Below are positions 1 through 8,797 of a DNA stretch of 64,000 nucleotides, one piece after another. Numbering within the stretch: the stretch's first letter is position 1; each line of letters begins with the position of its first letter. Source of the DNA: Dicyema japonicum (lineage: Eukaryota > Animalia > Dicyemida). Made by a program: the position numbers and the translations under genes. Below the pieces are notes generated by a model. The model searched no databases. It was not told the origin of the DNA and was given only the letters and a program-made list of their open reading frames with translations. The DNA lies in NCBI GenBank assembly GCA_011109175.1, contig RDEW01000009.1:1554315-1618314 (forward strand), read 5' to 3'.

Positions 1-309
1 GCGATTTTATTTAACCTAAAAAATAAAAAATTTAACCTAAAAAAATTAACTTTATTAACCTAAAAACTTTTTTTTTCTTTTTTTTCTGAAAAAATAATTT
101 CTCATTAATAAAAATTTTTTTAACAATTAAACAAATGTCAGTTGAGGAAGCCTGCTGCGTGGATTGCGAACGAGTTCCCTCGGAGTATGGCTATTCCAAT
201 CTTTTGTCTTAGCCATAACCCTTCTCGTTGATCTAAAAACTAAAAAAAATTAACCCAAAAATTTAAATTTATAACTAAACAATAAAATCACATACAAAGA
301 GTAACAGAC

Positions 310-671
310 TTTAGGAAATTAAGAAATATTATTCACTGTTTTTCTTGAAATTCGAATATTAAATAAAATAGAAAATCTGTGAGTGATTGTTGGCAAGGTG
401 TAGTATTATTCTAGTCTTAATACCTAAAAATTACGAGTTTTTGAAAACAATTAAGCCTTGACGAGAAGCTTTCGAACACGTGGTAAAATTTTTAGTCTGA
501 AAATTGGATTTTTAATAAAATAATTGAAAAAGATTAGTAAAAATAAATTTTATGTTTTTAATAATGTGTGGCCAATTTGAGAATTGGCCAATTTCTTTGA
601 AACCCTGACGTGAACTTTTAGCCATAAATTGGCCAATTTAAGGGTTGGCCAATTAGAGGGATTTCACTGTA
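310..671 (-). mobile_element. pogo/Tigger-like DNA transposon terminus
   Basis: Ends ...GGGATTTCACTG+TA at 670-671 and carries repeated TTGGCCAA subterminal motifs. The ~330 bp is a diverged reverse complement of 21183-21495. Confidence 0.7.
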
Positions 672-772
672 TAAGAAAATTCAAAAATTTATAAATTAAA
701 TATTATTTATATAATTAACAATGATTAGATTTAAATGATAATTATCACCAAGCTAAAATTAATCTATATTGA

Positions 773-2154
773 ATGAGCTTCAGTTCAAGCTTCGATAGCA
801 TATCCAACTTCAGTTTTACAAATTTTTACAACGAGTTTGATTATTCCGACTCCAGCAAAACCACATCAAGTTATCTAGCCACAGAAAATGTAACATTCAA
901 TTCTAAGCCGTAGGAACTAAAAAATTCAATGACAGAGTCCGCTAAAAACGTGTTTAATTTAATGGACTCAATTCTTTTCGACCACGTGGAAAATACACAA
1001 TTCAAATCCCTGGAAGAAGAGTGTTCTAATTGGAAGGAACATTTCCTACACCTTCGAGTTACCGGCCATAACTACGCAGGGCTAGGGGTTCCGGCTAAAA
1101 ACACCCAGGAAGATGTTTTAGAAGTTATAGCTATGGACGGAATCCCACCAATCGAAACCACGTGGGTTGAGGAATGCGAATACCTTCGATGTGATTTGCT
1201 CTGTTCAGCTCAATTAGAAGCATCCATAACTGCGGGACTTTCTCAGATTCTTGCCTGGAAGGTATTCTGTTTGAAAGGATTTTGGTGTACGAATTGATGA
1301 AACCATTTTTGCTAAAATTTGGTAAGGCAGCCATAGATAGACGACGTCATCACAACGAGGTCGTGCAGAGACAGGTTGTCCCTCATTCAAATTACAGAAT
1401 CACCAATATAGTTGTTTTTTGTTTTATTTTAGCCATCCAACAGCAAAGTGGGGGCAGAACAGTTAGGCCACTTGAAAAACTGTCTTAAAGTCACCTCCAA
1501 AGAGCTCCATTCAATTTCAAAAGAAGCGGTCCACACATTGCCATTAGGGTTTATTGCATCTGAAATTAAAGAAAAACGACGCTCCCTTCAGCTAAATACT
1601 CACGATTTGTACCCCCTAAAGACGATAAAATTGAATCAATCTCCCTTCAGGTATGTCAACATTGGATTACCTCCAGAATGGTATAGTTGGGAGGAAAATA
1701 GACACAACAGGGTTCTCTGAACATCCCGCTAATCTTCTGAAAAATAAGAGTCCGGAAATTGAACCGCATGGAGCGGATTTTAAGGATGGATCCAGTCAGA
1801 AATCGCCAACTTCATTAGACCACGTGCGTGGAGAACAGAATTCCCTGATTTTATTCACTTTAAAGGTTTTTATGTGCATTATCATCGCAGAAGAAAAATC
1901 TGAATTTTGAGCGGATAACGAGCGCCTTTCATTGGCAAAACATCGGTAAAAAAGACTCTAAAGTGAAAAAGCTGTCAAAAAGGCCTCAAACGACTTTTCC
2001 TACCTTTGTGCTCAGTTTTCATAATTTTTAGAAATTTTCCAAGCAATTTGAAGACACAAATGTGAGCACAGTCCTCAGCATAACTCCAAGTGGTATTGAT
2101 ATTGTAAGCAGTCATAGAAAGAAATATACGCAGCGAGAAAGTGGACTGTGGTAA
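773..2154 (+). CDS. FAM149-like (DUF3719) protein, multi-exon; 3' exon structure approximate
   Basis: ATG at 773 and a 24-nt intron join to ORF 929. Motifs NVFNLMDSILFD...EEECSNWKEHFLHLRVTG and EVIAMDG resemble FAM149 DUF3719 as I recall it. Confidence 0.6.
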
Positions 2155-2249
2155 GACGTCAATATAGACATTAAAGATTTACTAATTTATAAATGTATTT
2201 ATTCCAATGTATGCTTTAATTTAATATAAATTGGGGATATCTCCTTTAA

Positions 2250-2850
2250 GCCATTCAAGACCAGGTTGGATGTCAACTAAAGCCATCACAAGCTTTGGTA
2301 TCAAGTTCTTGTACATTTGGAACGCCTACGAGGTAGTCACTACATGGATTTACGTTCGTATCAATGGTATTAGACAATAGTCTTCTCCACTTGACGACCA
2401 GAAGACTGGTAACTTCTTCTCTTGTCTGGGTCCACCGCCGAGTTCAACACAGAATTAAATAAACATGTCGGATCTCTGGAGCGATCGCTCTTGACTGTGA
2501 AGTTCTTGTTAGCCACCGGTTTCTTTCACTCGAAAGGACCGGGGGTAAATATATAAGACCAGGTAGTGTTTAGTGCTGTCGGTCAGGTCGTGTTAACGGT
2601 GGGTTAGATTTTACAATGTTTTCTACTAGCACGAAGGATTCCTTCTCTTTGTCTCGAGAACGAAATCGTCATTAAAATCTTCACAAAGAATGACGATTTC
2701 GTTCTCGTCCAGTATTTCTGTTTGAGTTATTTCTTCTTCATTATCAAGTTCTCCCAGTTCTTTTCGGTACTGACTCAAAACAAAAACTTGCATGATATAA
2801 ACAATTCATTAACCATGCATCTCTTATGCATGTGGTATATGGGGCCCATT
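2250..2850 (-). mobile_element. Degenerate APE endonuclease remnant of a non-LTR retrotransposon
   Basis: Minus-strand translation gives ENEIVILCEDFND (cf. IxxGDFN) and downstream NPCSDYLV (cf. SDHxxV), with stops. Confidence 0.45.
2655..2707. repeat. Perfect 19-bp inverted repeat with 15-nt loop
   Basis: CGAGAACGAAATCGTCATT (2655-2673) and AATGACGATTTCGTTCTCG (2689-2707). Confidence 0.95.
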
Positions 2851-2959
2851 CATCTCTTGGACAAATGTCTCGAAGATCCGGAAAAGAGCCTCCAAAATCA
2901 CGGAACGCTGGATTTCTGGAGAGTTCCAGCCATCAATGCCTCTTGAAGCCTTTATACGA

Positions 2960-3250
2960 ATGAACCATGGAACGCGCCTTCGTGACTGCTAAGGTCCAGT
3001 CACTCGACCGATACGTGCTTTTGTGGGGTCGAGGGAGGAGCATCGGGCCAAGATGAGGAACTCGTGAGGAGTGGGGGAGTTCTGCCAAAACTCTAAACCT
3101 CCGAAAAATCATTCGTCCACACAGGAAGTGTGTCGGCATTCGGGAGGAACACCGAGAAAATATGAGGTGGCTGCTCAAGGAGGCCGGGATCACCTGACAG
3201 CCATCACTTTCTTTTGTTTTGTCCGTGATTCTTGGTTCTAAATAAATAAA
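2960..3250 (+). mobile_element. LINE 3' end (family C) ending in stem-loop and (TAAA)n tail
   Basis: Homologous to the reverse complement of 9040-9250 and 10013-10220, and to 16620-16790. Ends GGGATCAC...GTGATTCT...TTCTAAATAAATAAA. Confidence 0.8.
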
Positions 3251-3277
3251 TCTTCATTGATGAGAAATTATTATATA

Positions 3278-3315
3278 TGCGGCCCTCGAAGCGAAATGAG
3301 TTTGAAACCCCTCCT
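3278..3315 (-). mobile_element. Possible hAT-like terminal remnant
   Basis: Reverse complement GGGGTTTCAAACTCATTT...GAGGGCCGCA resembles CAGGGGTGTCAAACTC-type hAT ends. No partner end seen. Confidence 0.35.
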
Positions 3316-3399
3316 TTAAAACGTTTAATTTAGTCATCGATTTTCTGATGAGGAGTGTGACTGTCGATTTTGAGGGAGAGATCTTCAATATATTGTCTG

Positions 3400-3590
3400 A
3401 TAGCCAATCATTTAGTTTTTAAGGTAAATTTGCATGTTTTGTTGAATTCATCAAGTCGTCTGCATAGGACAACTAAGAATGCTACTCTCATCTGGCTGCG
3501 GAATATCAAACAGGAATAAATAAAATAGTGAAGGGAGAGAAATGAACCTTGAGGGACTCCGTTTTGAAAATATCTGCAATGTGAGGATTT
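3400..3590 (-). mobile_element. Non-LTR reverse transcriptase fragment
   Basis: Minus strand encodes GVPQGS and SYADDL across frameshifts. Confidence 0.65.
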
Positions 3591-3654
3591 TAAGCGAAAT
3601 TCATTTGACGGAAATGAAATTGCATATCAATTTTATAATTTGATATGGTAAAGA

Positions 3655-3800
3655 AAAAAGAGTAAAATGTAATATAGCGGCTGCCCTGACTGCGTGGCTT
3701 TTCCCTCTTTGGATGGCGAGCGAAATTCGCTCAAATAACCAGCAGCGCTCACGAGGGTCTCCTGATCGTGTAGCGATCCGATTCCAACCTTCTTCCCACT
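3655..3800 (-). mobile_element. CRE-like (RLE endonuclease) retrotransposon C-terminal fragment
   Basis: RIATRSGDPRERCWLFERISLAIQRGKSHAV matches the RLE C-terminal pattern GDxR...LFQRISxAIQRGN. Confidence 0.65.
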
Positions 3801-4321
3801 CTCCAAAATCACCAAGAATTATGTTAAAAATACTAATTAAGTGATCCCAGTATCCATTCATCCATAGATTCTCCTTACGTGGATTTCCAATGTCCCAACT
3901 ATAGAATGATATAACCTCCGCGGATGCTTACAAAGGAAATCGAACTGTCCTTTTTAGGACCGGTCGATGTTCCTGTGCTCGAGAAACCGCATCTCCCAAT
4001 GGGATTCCTGTTTCTTTGTAGACACAAAGGAACCCATAATCATGGTTCTTCGTGGAGTCTTCTGAAAAGAGAGGGAAGGGAGTTGTAATAGTGTAGTTCT
4101 CCGTCTAATTGAATTTAGATATTGAGTTTAGAGGATATCAAAAATCTCCATGCAGTAAAGGCACATTCATTTGTTGGAACAATGACCAGGCTATACAATC
4201 TAGATATGCAGTCCATAGGAGGGAAGGGTAACTTCTTACGATAAGCTTCCGTTAAGCTTCCGCAGACCTTGGACAAGATGATGCACCAAAGAGTTCAAAT
4301 TTAAAACTATAAACTATAATA

Positions 4322-4364
4322 CACTCAATCCCATAAATGTTGACCCAATTCCCATAAATGATGT
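4322..4364 (+). mobile_element. Tc1/IS630-like terminal repeat (solo end)
   Basis: TA+CACTCAATCCCATAAATGTTGACCCAATTCCCATAAATGATGT is near-identical to 44847-44889 and contains the internal direct repeat CCCATAAATG twice. Confidence 0.6.
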
Positions 4365-4374
4365 AATAATAACG

Positions 4375-4505
4375 CCAGATACCACGGTTACACAAACTAA
4401 CTAATCACGTGATCCCAGCACGCTCTAGTAGGGACCTCATCTTGGCCCGATGCTCCTCCCTCGACCCTACACAAGCACGTATCGGTCGAGTGACTGGACC
4501 TTAGG
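4375..4505 (-). mobile_element. Short retroelement 3' fragment
   Basis: 4432-4503 is a near-identical reverse complement of 2988-3058. It then runs into a GGGATCACGTGATTAGTTAG end like that at 12586. Confidence 0.6.
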
Positions 4506-4514
4506 ATAATTTAG

Positions 4515-4826
4515 ATTATTTATTAACCCCGGATACACCGAGAAATAAGTTAAAGTAAACAACTAATTAAGTGTATCCAGTTTCCACAGAAACAGAGTCC
4601 ATCCGTAATCAGCATAAAGGGTAAAAGACGTCTATACTTGCAGTTGTGTAAACCCTTCCAGTGGAGTGGGGAAGAGCAAATAATCCTTTTTTTGTGCCGA
4701 CCTGGCACTGGGTGCCACCTAGACAGGTGTACACATGACGCCACTCTAATAGTTAGAGAGGGGAGGAACAGACGAACAAACAGAGAATTCAACCAATTAG
4801 CGACGAAGCACCACATGGCGCCACGC
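4515..4826 (-). mobile_element. SINE-like element, family A
   Basis: Collinear with 60768-61089 (-) and 49922-50192 (+). Head GCGTGGCGCCATGTGG, core TTTGCTCTTCCCCACTCCACTGG, 3' stem GGATACAC/GTGTATCC and AATAAATAA tail. Confidence 0.85.
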
Positions 4827-4958
4827 ATATATTATAATTTACTTTTATCCAATGAAGTGGACCAGAGTTGTCCAAATTTAAAACTTTAATTTTTTTTGTT
4901 TTATAATTTAATTTTATCAATTAATAAATTTAAAGGTTTTTCTGTGATTAAAAATTAA

Positions 4959-6062
4959 ATGTCTGATGTTGATGACTATGTACTCTACAGCGATAAACCA
5001 GAATGGAATGATGTAAAGCCAATTCCAATTGTCAGAGATGATGAATTTTTTAAAATAGATTACTCCTCACAATGTTCGTTGTCTTTTATACTTCTAGTCA
5101 TTGATCTCATTGGATACTTTCGAGCCATTTCCTTGGCCAATGAAATGAGTAAGAGAGCACTGGAGCTGACTTCTGACATTCTTTACCTGAATATTGCCAA
5201 CTATACAGTATGGTAGAACTAATACTAACTGAAGGCATTATCGACGACGTCTCTTGGTTGCTCTGCAAAGCGATTTACACAGAGAACGTGAATTTGTTTC
5301 TTGGCTGATGTTCCCTGATAATACAAAGAATTACCAAAGTTGGTACCATAGACAGTGGATGGTGGAACAGGACGAAAATATGATTGATTTGGAGATGGAG
5401 ACAACTGAAAGGACTATCATTCAAGAATCAAGAAATCTACATGCCTGGCAGTACAGGTTGACATTTTTGCTCTAAATTAGGCTATGGTTGCTAAAGAAGG
5501 CTGGAAAGATGAATTATTCAAACAAAAATGAACTCGACTTTACGAAAGCTCTAATTGACAGCGACTGTAGGAACAATTCTGCCTGGAATCACCGATTTCA
5601 GTTGATATTTCCTTCGAACGAGCCATTTGTGGAGGATCGTGTCGGAGAAGAAGTCGAGTTAGTCCAGTCAGTGTTAATTTACCTTAGTTTTGCTCGAAGA
5701 TATATTCAAATGATGCCCAATAACGAAAGCCCATGGAGTTACTTAACTGGGTTTTATTTATTTGATCATTTCAAGAATTGCCATTACGTGCGGGGGATTC
5801 AACAAGGCCTCCTACTTGGTTGGCATGTTACGTGGAATTGAGGATGATGGAATCAAAAAGTGTCCCTACTATTTGTCAACTATGGCTGACTGTGCAGAAG
5901 ATTTTGCTGCTGTGGGAGTTGACTATGAAAATAACGTAAACATGGCGGTGAATGTATGAGGATTGCTTATCGTAGTTGCTCACACAGCTCGTCGTTGTGG
6001 ACCCTATTCGAGCTGAATACTGGAGGTCAGAATCTAAGAGAGTTGGTCGTCTATCCAAATAG
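4959..6062 (+). CDS. FNTA: Protein farnesyltransferase/geranylgeranyltransferase type-1 subunit alpha
   Basis: PFTA repeats (NYTVWHYRR, KNYQSWYHR, RNNSAWNHR, NESPWSYL) and C-terminal DPIRAEYW. Six introns (24, 22, 24, 30, 25, 22 nt) give a continuous frame to TAG 6060-6062. Confidence 0.92.
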
Positions 6063-6065
6063 TCA

Positions 6066-6831
6066 TTAATAAAACTGAAATGATTTATCTTTTGAGTAAT
6101 AAGGACACAGTTCTGTTATGCTGCATTTATTACATTTTGGCTTAGCCGAACAGATTGTCTGACCGAAACCAACGAGGGCGACGTTTATTTCAGACCAATA
6201 CTCTCTGCCATTAATACAAAACAACCTGGGGATCTTCTGTTCGAGGATTTTACATGTTTGGTTAGGGTACTTTGTCGTTTTGTCGCCAACCCATTTGAGT
6301 CTGTTAGCTATTCTGTGGACATGAGTGTCCACCGCTATTCCCTCTGACCTGTCCCACGCTATATTCATCACCAGATTTGCAATTTTGGTCCCCACACCTT
6401 AGGTTATAAGTTTTACTTACCAGGAAGGTTGCAAAGTTCACTGATCGAACTGGGGATATCTCCATTCAGTTCATTCATAATAATTGAGGTTGTTTTAAGG
6501 ATGTATTCAGCTTTTTTCTAAAAATTAAGTAAATCACTGCCTTTGCAAACCCAACTGGGTGGATAATACTGTACAGAGCTTCCTTAGTTAATTTAGCCAC
6601 ATTTTCGGGGTTACAAAGGCGAGTGTGCTTTTTTAGTCTGCTCATGGCTTGGGATGTGATCTCGTCCTTAGTTTGGCTGGATAACATGGCTCCAATAAGC
6701 GTTTGATAACGAAAGTCTGAAGAAGAGACAGATTTATCGGCCAGCATATGACAACCCATTAAATCAACGGGGGTTGTTTTGTCCATGCGCATTCGCTGGA
6801 TTCCTTGGAACTGCTGTAACCAGAGATCCAT
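6066..6831 (-). CDS. NTHL1: Endonuclease III-like DNA glycosylase
   Basis: MLSSQTKDEIT, HhH region LPGVGTKIA, IAVDTHVHRIANRL and FeS motif CSAKPKCNKCSITELCPY. Confidence 0.92.
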
Positions 6832-6890
6832 TCACATGAAATAATTTTTATTAATAATTTAAAATAAATATAAATTATTGTTTCCAAGGA

Positions 6891-8160
6891 ATGCAAGGAG
6901 TTGAATGTTTAGATATTTATATTTCATCATCAATCGAGGATGCCGTAAATCAGCTGAAAATACTGGGGACCAGTGACTTCTTTAAGCTTAAAAGAAATAA
7001 ATTTCTATCTAAAGTATCTATAGATTGAGGGTTTTAGCAATTGAATGAGGATATAAACAATATTTTGACAAACCACCAAGACCTGTTCGATAAATACAAG
7101 GATATAATCCAGGATTCTGATACTTCGCTAACCAAAAGTCATTATAACCTTATAAAATAAGATAAAGTCAAAGCACATTTGCAAGTTTTTGAAACTGAGT
7201 TGAGAAACTGCATTGAGACTGTCGAAAACCTTAAAAAGACAAACAAAGACAGGTAAACTGAAGTTTATAAAAATAGAAAATTTATAGAATGCTTTCTAGA
7301 GGAACTGAAAAGCGAGGTGACTTCGTCCCAAACATTTAGTACGCTTGAAATAGCCGTAGAGCAAGAAAAACTACAAAGAACACAGACAGTGGAATCTCTG
7401 GAAGAGTAACGATATTTTGCGTTTGTAGGCAAGCAATAAATAAAAAAGAGATAAAGAGACTGACTAAAATAATATCAGAGTTTAAGAAGGAGAGGGAAAG
7501 CGAATAGCAGAATAAAAATAAAATAATAGCTCACTTGAAAGACAAAATGGAACTCAAAGCAGAGAGTTCAATGGAACAGGAAAAAATCGACAAGATTTGT
7601 AATTTAGAGGTGGCTAAGGCACATTCCCTGGCCAATTTGAAAGAAAAAAATTATGTCGGAAATATTTAAGTAAAATTTGACTATAATATCAGCAAATTAG
7701 GCATAAAAGAGAAAATGAAGAAAGATGTAGCTGAGAAATTATAATTGTGTCTAAAGACAAATTGAAGTATTAGATTTGTGCTTATGATATGTTTTAAACC
7801 AAAAGAGCGAAAAATGAGTAACCAGGTATGACAGTCATGTCATGGAAAAGCAAAAATAACTCGATCAATTTAAAAATATGAAATTTTTAACAAAAAACAG
7901 CTGGAAAGACTAAAAATAATGGTATTTGATCGATAGAGTTCAGTGTTACGACTACAGGCATATTATTGGATCTTATACATATGAGACCAACAAGACAGAC
8001 TACGAACAGACGATGGATATGGACTTGAATACTGCAGCGCAAACGGTAAGTAGTCATGGTCTTCACTCTTGTAGATCCAGTCGTGGTTTAGAGGAGTCAT
8101 TTTGAGACATGGGCTTGTTGCCGTAGGAAAAAAGAAGGTAAAAAGAAAGCCGCTAAATGA
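6891..8160 (+). pseudogene. IQCG: IQCG/DRC9-like dynein regulatory complex subunit; intact 5' part, disrupted 3' half
   Basis: KKERESE*QNKNKIIAHLKDK resembles IQCG KKERE...NEYIANLKDQ, and IQ motif IQSWFRGVILRHGL lies near 8070-8115. In-frame TAG 7505, TGA 7815 and TAA 7857, plus frameshifts. Confidence 0.7.
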
Positions 8161-8439
8161 TTTTGATAATGGAGACTAACAAAGATTTAACTCAATAATT
8201 TTAATTTATTTGGGAAATAGCGTGGTCATGAGATACAACAGTTGTGGTGGCGCTCAGTGCAAGTTTTAAATGGAAAAGAACCGTTCGACATTCCCCACCC
8301 TACAACGACCTTCTCTCTTCACTTTTGGAAATAAGACCTCTGTAGTTCCTCTCAATTCTATATCCCAGACCATCCGTGGTTTGTCTTATATCACTGGTCA
8401 TCTACTGTGTCCTGCCCAAAAAACTAGTGGAATCTGTTT

Positions 8440-8525
8440 TGACGAGACTTGACCCTCGCTGAAAACGTGATCTTTCAGATTCGAGCTCACGACCTTGTCA
8501 TCAGACGTTATGTTCAGCCAAGAAC
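8440..8525 (-). mobile_element. tRNA-like SINE head remnant
   Basis: Reverse complement GGTCGTGAGCTCGAATCT is a degenerate B-box, similar to 45395-45470 (GGTCGTGGGTTCGAATCC). Confidence 0.35.
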
Positions 8526-8541
8526 GCGAAAAAATAAAAAA

Positions 8542-8622
8542 CGCCGTGAGCAGGATTCGAACCTGCGCGGGTTACCCCAACAGATTTCAAGTCTGCCGCC
8601 TTAACCGCTCGGCCATCACGGC
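8542..8622 (-). tRNA. tRNA-Ser (anticodon TGA)
   Basis: GCCGTGA...TCACGGC acceptor stem, GCAGA-CT-TGA-AA-TCTGT anticodon arm, long variable arm, GGTTCGAATCC T-loop, followed by a T-run terminator. Confidence 0.95.
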
Positions 8623-8797
8623 TCTTTTCTATTAATGGCTGACATACTTAACTAACCCATACTACTTAAATAATTTATAGTTCGACCACGTTTTGGAAAA
8701 ACAAAAACTCATGGGCAAAAATCGATTTTGTACAGGTTAGGCATTTTACTAGTAATATGAATTTTTTAGTAATGAACCCCCAAATGTGGTAGGTTCG

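Noticed and set aside
1-260. TTAACCTAAAA repeats as telomeric (TTAGG) sequence
   Set aside because: Only a few dispersed, A-padded copies rather than a tandem array; more likely low-complexity or TE-derived.
3187-3195. GGATCACCT resembling the 3' end of 16S rRNA
   Set aside because: No rRNA sequence around it; it is one arm of the retroelement stem-loop.
4660-4826. HDV-like ribozyme in the family A head or core, or at RTE 5' ends
   Set aside because: I could not build P1 and P2 pairings by hand. A covariance-model search would be needed to exclude it fully.
6891-8160. Alternative (ciliate-type) genetic code explaining the IQCG stops
   Set aside because: TAA, TAG and TGA terminate the other genes at their expected C-termini, and IQCG also has frameshifts.
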